A DNA stretch of 64,000 nt from an uncultured delta proteobacterium (GTDB taxonomy: Bacteria > Myxococcota_A > Polyangia > Polyangiales > Polyangiaceae). Numbering within the stretch: position 1 is the stretch's first letter; each line of letters opens with the position of its first letter. The stretch covers positions 1,568,001-1,632,000 of the forward strand of contig CAWAIF010000003.1 of assembly GCA_963782055.1 (NCBI GenBank), written 5' to 3'. Below are positions 1-9,792 of the stretch, in pieces. The notes beneath the pieces were generated by a model, which worked only from the letters and a program-made list of their open reading frames with translations, searched no databases and was not told the DNA's origin. The translations under genes and the position numbers were made by a program.

Positions 1-2
1 TG

Positions 3-164
3 GAGCTGCCGCTGTGCCTGGACCACGCCGCCGTCGGCGGTAGCTGCCCGCCGGCGAAGCTCGACAGCGGGGCGCGCGCCGGGCTGCCGGCGTTCTACGC
101 GTACGACCTCCTCTTCGACCGGAAGCAGGAGCAGATCGGCGCGAAGTCCCGGTCGGCGCGCTGA
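3..164 (+). CDS. C-terminal end of a gene entering the window, possibly a pepsin-like aspartic protease fold
   Basis: Frame reads ...GARAGLPAFYAYDLLFDRKQEQIGAKSRSAR* (TGA 162-164). GLPxFYxYxxxFDRxxxxIG resembles the last strands of pepsin-like proteases. Only 53 aa are visible. Confidence 0.4.
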   Translation, partial: ELPLCLDHAAVGGSCPPAKLDSGARAGLPAFYAYDLLFDRKQEQIGAKSRSAR

Positions 165-179
165 GGCCGACCACCCGTC

Positions 180-670
180 TCAGGGCGGCGTCACGCCGCG
201 CGACTGGTTCACCTGGATGCGCGCCTGCACGTCGTTCGCGGCGGTCTGCGCGGACACCACGTCGTAGCCGCCGTCGAAGAGCGCCTTGAGGTCCGCCACC
301 GTCGCGGTGGGCGAGCTCGTGTACGTGAAGGAGCGCACGCCGGCGGGGTGCAGCTTCGTCGTCGTGATGGTCCCGACGCTCACGGTCGGGTCGAACTCGA
401 CCATGAACGCGCGCGGGTTCTTGAGGTTGAGGATCGTGTCGACGTCCGCCACGTTCGTACCGACGTTGACCAGGTACCAGACCGAGTCCCCGCCCGGGAT
501 GGTCGGGACGATGTTCTGGAGGTCGGCCGTCGACCCGAGCTCGATGAAGGCGAAGTCCTCGGCCTTGAGCGCGTGGATCTCCTGCACCGTCCGCGCGTAG
601 TCGGTCGCGAGCTTCACGCAGAGCTGCGTGACCATCTTGCCGCGCAGGGTGTTCAGCACATCGTCGAGAC
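180..670 (-). pseudogene. 5'-truncated gene, glycerophosphodiester phosphodiesterase-like C-terminal part
   Basis: GC3-rich frame LDDVLNTLRGKMVTQLCVK...FDGGYDVVS resembles the second half of a GDPD TIM barrel. No N-terminal HRG motif. Upstream of about 670 the frame becomes antisense to the + strand gene. Confidence 0.45.
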
Positions 671-1058
671 GGGCGACATCCTCGCGCTCCCGTTCGCCGA
701 CGAGTCCTTCGACGCCGTCCTCTCCACGTACAGCATGTGCCCGCTCTACGACCCGGCGAAGGGCGTGCTGCAGCTGTATCGCGTGGTGAAGAAGGGTGGC
801 CGGCTCGCGGCGGCGCACTCGGTCGAGCCGGCGAACGGCTTGATCCGGTGGATCGCCAACGGCGTGGAGAGCGTCGTGTGGCGGTTTCCCAGCCTGAGCA
901 TGGGATGCCGACCGGTGGAGACGCTGGGTGCCCTCCGCGACGCCGGCGCCGAGGTGCTGTTCGAGGAGCGCTTCGGCGTACCGCTCTGGCCGTTCATCGT
1001 CTACGCGGCGCGAAAGCCGGCGGCGGGCGGTCCTGCGCAGAAAGCGCGGGCGGGCTAG
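660..1058 (+). pseudogene. 5'-truncated class I SAM-dependent methyltransferase
   Basis: GDILALPFADESFDAVLSTYSMC...LYRVVKKGGRL is typical of Methyltransf_11 motifs II-III. Motif I (GxGxG) and a credible start are missing. Confidence 0.6.
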
Positions 1059-1126
1059 TTTGGCGGGCGCCTGCGCGCCCCCACACGCCGGTGGCGGACC
1101 CGGGCGTCGCGCGTCATGTGAAGGGC

Positions 1127-2065
1127 ATGGTCCTGCGCGTCGCGCTCCTCGCCTTGCTGCTCGCGGCCTGCGGCTCCCCGCCGAAGCCGCCACGCTCCGG
1201 GTGGCTCACCTCCGTCGACGCGTCGAACCCGCTGGTTGGACGCGCGTACGACGAGCACGCCGGCCGCTTCGTCACCCGCGAGCAGCTCGACGCCGCCCTG
1301 GCCGGCGCGCCCTTCGTCCTGCTCGGCGAGAAGCACGACAACGCCGACCACCACCGGCTGCAGGCGCGCGCGCTCGCGTCCCTCGTCGCCGCCGGCCGCC
1401 GCCCGGCCGTGGTCTTCGAGATGATCGACCTCGGCCTCCAGCCGGCGGTCGACGCGTACATGGCGCGGGCCGACGCGACGGTCGACGGGCTCGGCGGCGT
1501 GCTCCGGTGGGACAAGAGCGGGTGGCCCGCGTGGAGCATCTACCGTCCGATCTTCGAGGTCGCGATGCGGGCGCACCTGCCGATCGTCGCAGCCGGCCTC
1601 TCTCACGACACGGCCCACGCGCTCTTCGAGGGGGGGCTGCCCGCGTTGCCGGGCGATCTCTCGCACCTGGACGTGCCGCCGCTGTCGCCGCCCCTCGAGG
1701 CCTCGCTGGAGCAGGAGCTGGTCGGCGCCCACTGCGGCATGCTCCCGCAGGACATGGTCGCGCCCATGGGTCTCGTGCAGCGGGTGAGGGACGCGCTGAT
1801 GGCGGATCGCATGGTGTCGCGCGCCACGCCCGACGGGGCCGTGCTCGTCGCGGGCGCCGGACACGTGCGGACCGACCGCGGCGTCCCCGTCTACCTGGCG
1901 AGGTCGCGGCCCGCGCGTCGCTCCTTCACCGTCTCCTTCCTGGAGGTGGACACCGGCGGCGACCCACGGGCGTACGCCGCCGATCAGCCGTCCGACGCGC
2001 TCGTGTTCACGCCGCGGGTCGACGACGCGGACCCGTGCGCCCAGTTCCACCACCCGATCCGGTGA
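1127..2065 (+). CDS. ChaN/PhuW-family (heme-uptake-related) lipoprotein
   Basis: Lipobox LLAAC; LLGEKHDNADHHRLQ; FEM; W.W..Y.PIF; AHCG; Q..RD..MA; AGAGHVR. Confidence 0.85.
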   Translation: MVLRVALLALLLAACGSPPKPPRSGWLTSVDASNPLVGRAYDEHAGRFVTREQLDAALAGAPFVLLGEKHDNADHHRLQARALASLVAAGRRPAVVFEMIDLGLQPAVDAYMARADATVDGLGGVLRWDKSGWPAWSIYRPIFEVAMRAHLPIVAAGLSHDTAHALFEGGLPALPGDLSHLDVPPLSPPLEASLEQELVGAHCGMLPQDMVAPMGLVQRVRDALMADRMVSRATPDGAVLVAGAGHVRTDRGVPVYLARSRPARRSFTVSFLEVDTGGDPRAYAADQPSDALVFTPRVDDADPCAQFHHPIR

Positions 2066-2081
2066 TGGGGCTCGCCGTCGG

Positions 2082-2564
2082 TCACTGCGGGCAGGTGGCG
2101 CCGCAGCTCGTCACCGCGGAGAGCTCGTCGGGCCGCGGCGCGCACGCGTTCGCCACGTGGTCGAGGTAGCAGCGCGCCTGGCAGTCGCTCGACGCGGTGC
2201 ACGTCGTCGGACCGGCGTCCGGCGCGGCGCACGCGCTCGTCTTCGCCTGCAGCTCGGCGCACGACGTGCCCGCCTGGGCCGCGGCGATGCACGCGTCGAG
2301 CGCGCTCCTGTCGCATCCCGGGAACTCCGAGGTGATCCCGTTGCAGGTGAAGTTCGAGCTGGTGCACGCGTAGTACGCGTCGAGCTGGTTCCCGCACCCC
2401 GACGCGCTCGCCTCGTCGCGGAGCGCGTCGGTGGCGGTCTGGCACGAGGCGATCCAGTTGGTGTCGCCCTTCTGCGAGCAGTCGCCGACGTTCTCGCAGT
2501 AGGTCTGCTCGTCGGACGCGCACGCGGCGAGCAGGAGGAGCGTGAGGGAGAGGACGGTCTTCAT
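2082..2564 (-). CDS. Cys-rich lipoprotein, hypothetical
   Basis: MKTVLSLTLLLLAAC lipobox; many Cys; start overlaps the stop codon of the upstream porin gene. Confidence 0.8.
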   Translation of the reverse strand: MKTVLSLTLLLLAACASDEQTYCENVGDCSQKGDTNWIASCQTATDALRDEASASGCGNQLDAYYACTSSNFTCNGITSEFPGCDRSALDACIAAAQAGTSCAELQAKTSACAAPDAGPTTCTASSDCQARCYLDHVANACAPRPDELSAVTSCGATCPQ

Positions 2565-3937
2565 CAGAACGCCGCGTGGACCCGCACGGAGAAGACGTGC
2601 ACCGGACCGCGGTCCTGGTTGTACCCGGGGTCGATGATGGGCTGGTAGATGAGCGAGCAGTCCAGGAAGTCCGTCAGGGCGAGCCGGTAGTAGATGTCTC
2701 CCTCGACCTCCGCGCCGTAGTGCAGCGCGCCGTCGCCGAGGATGAAGCCCAGGCCCCCGCCCTCGAGGTAGCGCTCGTGCATCGGCGACAGGCCGTTGAC
2801 GACGAGCGCCGCGCCGGCCTCGTCGCGGTTGCGCTTCCAGAGCTTGCCGCTCTGCACCGCGCCGATCGCGAAGGAGCGATCGATCTCGGTGAAGGCCCAC
2901 GACTCGGTCTGCCCGTCGTTGACGCTCGCGCGCAGGAAGGCGCCGAGGGTGTGCGTGATCTGCTGCTCCATCGAGAGGGCGAAGCCGTACTTCACCCGGC
3001 CGTCCTCGCGCGTCGCCGCGATCTCGTTCCCGTACTTCGCCGGGTCCGCGAGCACCTGCTGGTAGCTCCCCATGCGCGCCTGGTTGACGAAGGCCAGCAC
3101 GCTGAAGGCGCCGGGCCGGCTGGCGATCTTGTAGCGGGCCTCGTACTCGAACATCAGACCGCGCGAGACGTCCAGTCGCCAGTCCATCTTCGCGAGGTTG
3201 GCGTACATGGGCTCGAGGGCGATGCCGGCGCGAGCGGACCACCAGTCCATCGTCAGGTCGGCGAGCGCGCCGTAGGTGTACCCGCGCGTGTCGGCGGGGT
3301 AGTCCCACGCGCCGGAGGCGAAGAGCGCCCAGTCGAAGAAGCCCTCCGTCGCGTCGGCGGCGTAGCGGTTGCCGTCGAACACGTCGGTCACGGCGAGCCG
3401 GCCGACCGTGATGGCCAGCTGGTCTCGGTCGTGCTTGCGGGCGAGGTCGTTCGGGCCCGCCTCGGTGACGACGGTGCCTCCGCCCAGGCCGATCGTCTGG
3501 CGGACGGCGAGCCGCGCCAGGTAGACGGACGGCGCGGGGTCGCCGACGCGGTAGACGATGCCGCCGGGGAACGCCGCGACGCCGAGCGTGCTGCTCAGGC
3601 CCGCGCCGCCGCTCATCTCCGGGTCGACGATCAGCTCGGCGCCCGGCCAGAGGCGCAGGTCGGCGTAGAGGGTGGAGACGAACGCCGACGCCGCCTCGGC
3701 GTCCGGGCTCATGCTGTTCGGGCCGGAGTACTTCGCGAAGAAGGACGGGTGCGCCTGCGTGGCCGCGGTGAGCTGGAGGTGGAAGCTCAGGTACTCCTGC
3801 TCGCCCGCCGCGGGGTTCACCGGCACCGTCGGCTCGTCCTCCGAGGGGACGTCGCGCGGCCCCTTCGCCGCCGCCACGCGCGGGGCGAGAAGCCCGAGCG
3901 CCAGGGCGATCACCGGGGCGCAATGGACGCGGCGCAT
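2564..3937 (-). CDS. OprB-family porin, MnoP-like (high-affinity Mn2+ porin type)
   Basis: Signal peptide; H.Q.T...Q.HP.F.A.YSGPNS; LWPGAE...PE; FDGNRYA; GAWDYPADTRGYTYG; FTEIDRS; NQDRGPV; terminal Phe. Confidence 0.85.
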   Translation of the reverse strand: MRRVHCAPVIALALGLLAPRVAAAKGPRDVPSEDEPTVPVNPAAGEQEYLSFHLQLTAATQAHPSFFAKYSGPNSMSPDAEAASAFVSTLYADLRLWPGAELIVDPEMSGGAGLSSTLGVAAFPGGIVYRVGDPAPSVYLARLAVRQTIGLGGGTVVTEAGPNDLARKHDRDQLAITVGRLAVTDVFDGNRYAADATEGFFDWALFASGAWDYPADTRGYTYGALADLTMDWWSARAGIALEPMYANLAKMDWRLDVSRGLMFEYEARYKIASRPGAFSVLAFVNQARMGSYQQVLADPAKYGNEIAATREDGRVKYGFALSMEQQITHTLGAFLRASVNDGQTESWAFTEIDRSFAIGAVQSGKLWKRNRDEAGAALVVNGLSPMHERYLEGGGLGFILGDGALHYGAEVEGDIYYRLALTDFLDCSLIYQPIIDPGYNQDRGPVHVFSVRVHAAF

Positions 3938-3977
3938 GCGGGATCCGGTCTGTATCACCAAAGGCCTGAAGAACCGC

Positions 3978-4023
3978 CGAAAATTCGTTCATCGGCGCGC
4001 GCGTCCGCTGAACATTTCGTTCG
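3978..4023. promoter_or_regulatory. Candidate enhancer (UAS) pair for a sigma54 activator
   Basis: Two AT-rich imperfect palindromes, CGAAA-ATTC-GTTCA and TGAAC-ATTTC-GTTCG, about 55-100 bp upstream of the -24 box. Confidence 0.45.
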
Positions 4024-4076
4024 GTCGTGTGGTGCGCGCCGGGGGTCGTCCCGCGGTTCCGGGCGGGATCGTCGTG

Positions 4077-4092
4077 CGGCACGACGCGTGCT
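4077..4092 (+). promoter_or_regulatory. sigma54 (-24/-12) promoter of the RND operon
   Basis: CGGCACGACGCGTGCT: GG(4078-79)-N10-GC(4090-91), 37 bp before the ATG; the operon ends in a sigma54 activator gene. Confidence 0.7.
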
Positions 4093-4128
4093 TGGAGCGA
4101 GCCGCCCCGAGGAGTCTTCCCGCAGCCC

Positions 4129-5499
4129 ATGTCCATCGCCCCGAGTCGTCGTGCCCGCTTCCTGGGGCTCGCCGCCCTCTTCGCCGCTCTCCCCCTGACG
4201 TTGATCGCCTCGCCCGCCGGCGCGCAGACCGCTCCGGGCTCCGGCCCCGGTACGGTCGAGGTGGCGCTGCTCCTCCGCAACGACCACGCGCTCGCCGACT
4301 GGCTCTCGCGCAGCCACCCCGACGTCGCGGCCGCCCGCGCGCGCGTGGCGCAGCAGCAAGCCGCCGTCGGCGTGGCGAGGCGGCTGCTGCCGAACCCCTC
4401 CCTGGGCTTCACGGTCGGCGGCATCGCGCTCGGCGAGCGCAACCCCGCCTCGCTCTCGCCCGGCGACACGATGAACTACACGGTGGGGCTCTACCAGACC
4501 ATCGAGCTCGGCAAGCGCGGCCCGCGCGTGGACGCCGAGGTGCTGCGGCGTGACGCGACCGAGCAGGCCTTCCGCGACACCCTCGCCGGGCGGCTGGCCG
4601 ACGCGCGCGACGCCCTCGCGCGGGTGATCTACTTCGACGCGCGGCAGAAGGTCCTCGACGAGCGGCTGAAGTCGGCGCAGGACATCGCCACGCTGGAGAA
4701 GACGCGCCTGCAGCAGGGCGACATCAGCGGGATCGATCACGACCGGCTCGTCCTGGACGCGATGCAGGTGGAGCGCGAGGTGGCGGACAACCACGCCGAC
4801 GCGCAGCTCGCCCTCGCCGACTGCGCCGCGTCGTTGGTGGTGGCGCGCTGCTCGTCACAGGGCGCCACGATGGACGCCGTGGACGCCGCGGCCCCCGCGC
4901 CCATGACCCTCCCCGACGTCGCGCCGGCCATCGCCGGTCGCCCCGACGTGCGGGCGCTGCGCTTCGCCGGCCAGGCGGCCGACGCCGACGCGACGGGGTG
5001 GCGACGTCAGGCGATCCCCGACCCGACCGTGGGCGTGGCCTACACGCGCGATTTCCTCACCTACGCGGGCGACCAGCCCAGCACCTTGAGCCTCACCCTC
5101 TCCATCCCGCTGCCCATCTTCGACCACGGCGCGTACCAGGCGCGGCAGGCTTCGGGGCAGGCCACCGAGCTGGAGCTGCAGGCGCGCTCGCTGGAGTCAC
5201 GCGCCCGCGCCGACGCTGACGCGCTGCTCACCCGGCGCCGCATCCTGGAGCAGAAGCTGAAGGAGCTGCAGGAGGGTGCGGTGCCGCACTCCCGCGCGGT
5301 GCTGCAGGCGATGCAGACCGCCTACCAGCACGGGCAGGTCAGCATGACCGACCTCTTGCTCGTCCGCCGCGACGACGTCGCGCTGACCCTGGACGTGACC
5401 GACACACGCTTCGCCCTGTTCGCGATTCGCAACCAGCTCCGACGCGTCCTCGGCCTCGACGCCGCGGAGCTCTCGGGCGGAAGCCGAGGTGACCGATGA
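4129..5499 (+). CDS. czcC: TolC/CzcC-family outer-membrane efflux protein
   Basis: Signal peptide; LPNPSL; QTIELGKRGPR; IPLPIFD; AYQHGQVSMTDLL; first gene of a C-B-A operon. Confidence 0.85.
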   Translation: MSIAPSRRARFLGLAALFAALPLTLIASPAGAQTAPGSGPGTVEVALLLRNDHALADWLSRSHPDVAAARARVAQQQAAVGVARRLLPNPSLGFTVGGIALGERNPASLSPGDTMNYTVGLYQTIELGKRGPRVDAEVLRRDATEQAFRDTLAGRLADARDALARVIYFDARQKVLDERLKSAQDIATLEKTRLQQGDISGIDHDRLVLDAMQVEREVADNHADAQLALADCAASLVVARCSSQGATMDAVDAAAPAPMTLPDVAPAIAGRPDVRALRFAGQAADADATGWRRQAIPDPTVGVAYTRDFLTYAGDQPSTLSLTLSIPLPIFDHGAYQARQASGQATELELQARSLESRARADADALLTRRRILEQKLKELQEGAVPHSRAVLQAMQTAYQHGQVSMTDLLLVRRDDVALTLDVTDTRFALFAIRNQLRRVLGLDAAELSGGSRGDR

Positions 5500-6677
5500 G
5501 TGACCTTCTCGACAAGTGGAAGACCCTCCGCATCCGGCGCGTCACGGTGCTGAGCGTCGCCGCGGCCGTCCTGGTGAGCGTGGTGTCCGTCGTGGCGTCG
5601 GCGCACTTCCGCCGCAAGCCGCCGCCGCCTCCGCAGACGACGGACGACGTGAACGTGACGGCGGGCCGCATCCGCATCGCCGACGGCGCGCCGCAGTGGG
5701 ACATGGTCAAGCTCGGCCGCGCGGAGGCGAGCACCGAGCGCTGGACCGACCCGGTGCCCGCGCACGTCAAGGTGGACGAGACGCTGGCCGCCCGCGTGGG
5801 TGCCCCGCTCGGCGGCCGCGTGGTGAAGGTCTTCGCCGAGCTGGGCCAGCCGGTGAAGAAGGGCGACATGCTCTTCTCCGTGTCCAGCCCGGACATGGCG
5901 TCCCTCAACGCCGAGAACGCCAAGGCGAAGGTGGAGCTGGAGACCGCGCAGACGGTGCTCGACCGCGTGAAGGCGATCGTGCAGGCGCGCGCGCTGCCGG
6001 CGAAGGAGGAGATCGCGGCGATGCAGCAGCTCCGACAGGCGCAGGTGGACTACGGCACCGCCCAGGCGAAGCTGGCCAGCCTGAGGGTCTCGCCGCGCTC
6101 CGACAGCGAGTTCGTGGTGCGCTCGCCGCGCGACGGCTACGTGGTGGAGAAGAACGTGTTGCCCGGCCAGGAGCTCGGTGACGGCACGGCGACGCTCATG
6201 ATGGTCGCCGACCTGTCCTCGGTCTGGGTGGTCGCCGAGCTCTTCGAGGCCGACGCCGGCGGTGTGGAGGTCGGCACGAAGGCGCACATCACCGTCGCGT
6301 CCATGCCCGGCACCGTGCTCGACGGCACCGTCGACGTGGTCTCGGCGGTGGTCGACCCCGACCGTCACACGGTGCCGGTGCGCGTGCGCCTGGACAACCC
6401 CGACGGCAAGCTCAAGCCCAACACCTACGCGCGCATGCAGTTTCGCTCGACGCCCCCGCCCGGTGCGGTGGAGGTCGCGTCGACCGCCATCGTCTCCGAT
6501 GGCGCGCATCAGTACGTCTACCTGCGCGCGCCGGACGGGAGCTTCGGGCGGCAGGAAGTCGTCGCCGGCCCGGTGCGCGAGGGCCGCGTGCTCATCCTGC
6601 ACGGCCTGCAGGCCGGACAGACCGTCGTCGAGCACGGCGGCATCCTGCTCGACAACCAGATCGCCATCTCCGAGTAG
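5496..6677 (+). CDS. czcB: RND efflux periplasmic adaptor (CzcB/CusB-like)
   Basis: N-terminal TM; GRVVKV..ELGQPVKKGD; RSPRDGYVVE; ADLSSVWV; DNPDGKLKPN. Confidence 0.9.
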   Translation: MSDLLDKWKTLRIRRVTVLSVAAAVLVSVVSVVASAHFRRKPPPPPQTTDDVNVTAGRIRIADGAPQWDMVKLGRAEASTERWTDPVPAHVKVDETLAARVGAPLGGRVVKVFAELGQPVKKGDMLFSVSSPDMASLNAENAKAKVELETAQTVLDRVKAIVQARALPAKEEIAAMQQLRQAQVDYGTAQAKLASLRVSPRSDSEFVVRSPRDGYVVEKNVLPGQELGDGTATLMMVADLSSVWVVAELFEADAGGVEVGTKAHITVASMPGTVLDGTVDVVSAVVDPDRHTVPVRVRLDNPDGKLKPNTYARMQFRSTPPPGAVEVASTAIVSDGAHQYVYLRAPDGSFGRQEVVAGPVREGRVLILHGLQAGQTVVEHGGILLDNQIAISE

Positions 6678-6683
6678 CCTCCC

Positions 6684-9600
6684 ATGCTCGACTCGCTGCT
6701 GCGTTACTCGCTCAAGAACCGCCTCGCGGCGTTCGTCTTCGCGATCACCCTGGCCATCGTCGGGTACTGGTCGTACCGCAACCTCACCGTCGAGGCCTTC
6801 CCCGACCCGACGGATACGCAGGTGCAGGTCATCACCGTCTTCCCCGGCCAGCCGACCGAGGAGGTGGAGCGGCGCGTGTCCATCCCGCTGGAGCGCGCGC
6901 TCAACGGCACGCCGGACCTCTTCCGCCTGCGGAGCGTGTCGCTCTTCGGGCTGTCCTTCGTCACGCTGACGTTCGACGACCAGATCAGCCTGCAGGAGGC
7001 CCGCCAGCTCGTGCTGGAGAGGCTGCGCGACGCCGACCTGCCCGACGGCGTCACCCCGGGGCTCGGGCCCATGGCGACGCCCATCGGCGAGGTCTACCGC
7101 TACAGCCTCGACGGCAAGGGCGCCGACCCGATGACGCTGCGCACCCTGCAGGACTGGGTGGTGCGCCCGCAGTTCCTCCGCGTGCCGGGGGTGGCCGACG
7201 TGGTGTCGTACGGCGGCCTGGTGCGCGAGGTACACGTGGTGCCCGACCCGGCGAAGATGGCGTCGCTCGGCGTGAGCCTGCAGGACGTCTTCGCCGCGCT
7301 GAGCAAGGCGAGCGACAACGCCACGGGCGGCTACGTCGAGCGCGGCTCGGAGATGTTCGTCATTCGCAGCCTGGGCATCTTCAAGACCACCGACGACATC
7401 AAGAAGACGCGCGTGGCGGACCACAACGGCGTGCCGGTGCTCCTGAAGGACGTGGCCGCGGTGGACGACGGCTACCAGCCGCGGCAGGGCATCGTCACGC
7501 GCGACGGCAACCAGGACGCGGTGGAGGGCATCGTCCTGATGCGCCGCGGGCAGAACCCCACGGTCGTGCTGGACGCGCTGCGCGAGCGCATCAAGGAGCT
7601 CAACACGCGCATCCTGCCGCCGGGCGTCAAGGTCGACCCCTTCTACGACCGCACCAACCTGGTCGACAAGACGCTGGACACCGTCTTCCACAACCTGGCG
7701 GAGGGCGCGCTGCTGGTGACGCTCGTCCTCTTCGCCTTCACCCTCTCCATCCGCGCGTCGCTCATCGTGGCGACGGTCATCCCGCTCTCGCTCGCGACGA
7801 GCTTCGCCTACCTCCACGCCCGGGGGATGAGCGCCAACCTGCTCAGCATGGGGGCGATCGACTTCGGCATCATCGTCGACGGCGCGGTCATCCTCGTGGA
7901 GCACCTGTTCCACAAGATCCCGCACTCCGACCCGGACAAGCCCATCGGCGACCGCATCTTCGAGGCGGCCCACGAGGTGGCGCGGCCCACCCTCTTCTCG
8001 CTGCTCATCATCATCGCCGCCTACATCCCCATCTTCAGCATGCAGCGGGTGGAGGGCCGCATCTTCGCCCCCATGGCCAACACCGTGGTGAGCGCCCTCG
8101 TCGGCGCGCTGCTGGTGAGCTTCACCCTGGTGCCGGTGCTCTGCCTCTTCGCCCTGCGCAAGCCGCGGCCGGAGCGCGAGTCGCCGCTCCTGCGCTGGGC
8201 GCGGCAGGCCTACGAGCCCTCGCTGCGCTTCGCCATCGCGCGGCCGGCGCTGGTGCTCATCCTCGCCACGGGCGCGCTGGTCTCCTCCTTCGTCCTCATC
8301 CCCCACCTGGGATCGGAGTTCTTGCCCGAGCTGAACGAGGGCGCGCTGTACGTCACCTTCACCCTGCCGGGGAACATGTCGCTCGCGGAGGGCCGCAAGC
8401 TCACGCCGCAGATCCGCGCGCGGCTGATCCGCACGCCGGAGGTGGACGGCCTGATGAGCCAGCTCGGCCGCCCGGAGGACGGCACCGACCCCACGCTCCC
8501 CAACAACCTGGAGTTCTTCGTCAAGCTCAAGCCCATGGAGGAGTGGCGGAGCGACAAGCACAGCATGGACGATCTGGTCGCCGAGATGACCCACAACCTG
8601 CTGGAGATCCCCGGGCTGGAGTACAACTTCTCGCAGCCCATCCGCGACAACGTCGCCGAGAACATCAGCGGCCAGTTCGGGCAGATCGCGCTCAAGATCT
8701 ACGGCGACGACCTGGACACCCTCCAGCAGGCGGCGGAGACGGCGAAGGACACCATCTCCGGCGTGGCGGGCGTGGCGGACCTGGGCATCGTCAAGAGCGG
8801 CGAGTCGCCGCAGATCGCCGTGAAGCTGGACCGCGACGCCCTCGCGCGCTTCGACCTGGACATGTCCGACGTGCAGGACACCATCGAGACGGCGATGGCG
8901 GGTCACACCGCCAGCCAGCTCTGGGAGGGGGAGAAGCGCTTCGACGTCACCGTGCGCCTGCCGCAGGCGACGCGCGAGGACGTCCAGGCGATCCGCCAGA
9001 TACGCCTTCCGCTCAAGAACGGCACGCTCATCCCGCTCTCCGCCGTCGGTAGGGTGCAGATGGGCCTGGGCCGCGCGGCCATCACCCGCGAGAACGGGCA
9101 CCGGTACGTCGGCGTGCGGATGAACGTCCGCAACCGCGACATGGGGTCGTTCGTGGCCGAGGCGCGGCAGAAGGTGGACGCCGCGCTCCACCTGCCGCCC
9201 GGCTACCAGATCAGCTGGGGTGGCGAGTTCGAGAATCAGCAGCGGGCGATGCAGCGATTGCGGCTCGTCATCCCGCTGGCGCTCGTGATCACCTTTCTGC
9301 TCCTCTTCTCGGCGTTCCAGAGCGTCTGGGACGCCTCCATCATCCTGCTCCACGTGCCCTTCGCCCTCATCGGGGGCGTGCTCGCCCTGGCCGTCGCCGG
9401 GATGACGCTCTCGGTCTCCGCGGCGGTGGGCTTCATCGCACTGCTGGGCCAGGCGGTCCTCAACGGCGTGCTCGTCGTCGCCGCCATACGCGCGCGGCTG
9501 GAGGCCGGGCAGGACTTCTACGAGGCGGTGACCGGAGGCGCCCGGGAGCGCCTGCGCGCCATCCTGATGACCGCCCTGCTCGCCTCCCTGGGTCTGCTCC

Positions 9601-9788
9601 CGGCCGCCATGTCGCACGCCATCGGCAGTGAGACGCAGCGTCCCATCGCGGTCGTGGTGGTGGGGGGGACCATCTCGGCGGCGGCGCTCACCTTGATCGT
9701 CCTGCCGGTGAGCTATTATTGGGCGCTGGTGATCCGTGACGCGCTCAAACGTTACCGTGCGGCGCGCCTCGCCGCGTCGCCGGGGTGA
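6684..9788 (+). CDS. czcA: CusA/CzcA-family heavy-metal efflux RND permease
   Basis: 1034 aa; EAFPDPT; GAIDFGIIVDGAVILVE (HME proton-relay motif); GSEFLPELNEG; RLRAILMTAL. Confidence 0.95.
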   Translation: MLDSLLRYSLKNRLAAFVFAITLAIVGYWSYRNLTVEAFPDPTDTQVQVITVFPGQPTEEVERRVSIPLERALNGTPDLFRLRSVSLFGLSFVTLTFDDQISLQEARQLVLERLRDADLPDGVTPGLGPMATPIGEVYRYSLDGKGADPMTLRTLQDWVVRPQFLRVPGVADVVSYGGLVREVHVVPDPAKMASLGVSLQDVFAALSKASDNATGGYVERGSEMFVIRSLGIFKTTDDIKKTRVADHNGVPVLLKDVAAVDDGYQPRQGIVTRDGNQDAVEGIVLMRRGQNPTVVLDALRERIKELNTRILPPGVKVDPFYDRTNLVDKTLDTVFHNLAEGALLVTLVLFAFTLSIRASLIVATVIPLSLATSFAYLHARGMSANLLSMGAIDFGIIVDGAVILVEHLFHKIPHSDPDKPIGDRIFEAAHEVARPTLFSLLIIIAAYIPIFSMQRVEGRIFAPMANTVVSALVGALLVSFTLVPVLCLFALRKPRPERESPLLRWARQAYEPSLRFAIARPALVLILATGALVSSFVLIPHLGSEFLPELNEGALYVTFTLPGNMSLAEGRKLTPQIRARLIRTPEVDGLMSQLGRPEDGTDPTLPNNLEFFVKLKPMEEWRSDKHSMDDLVAEMTHNLLEIPGLEYNFSQPIRDNVAENISGQFGQIALKIYGDDLDTLQQAAETAKDTISGVAGVADLGIVKSGESPQIAVKLDRDALARFDLDMSDVQDTIETAMAGHTASQLWEGEKRFDVTVRLPQATREDVQAIRQIRLPLKNGTLIPLSAVGRVQMGLGRAAITRENGHRYVGVRMNVRNRDMGSFVAEARQKVDAALHLPPGYQISWGGEFENQQRAMQRLRLVIPLALVITFLLLFSAFQSVWDASIILLHVPFALIGGVLALAVAGMTLSVSAAVGFIALLGQAVLNGVLVVAAIRARLEAGQDFYEAVTGGARERLRAILMTALLASLGLLPAAMSHAIGSETQRPIAVVVVGGTISAAALTLIVLPVSYYWALVIRDALKRYRAARLAASPG

Positions 9789-9792
9789 TCGC

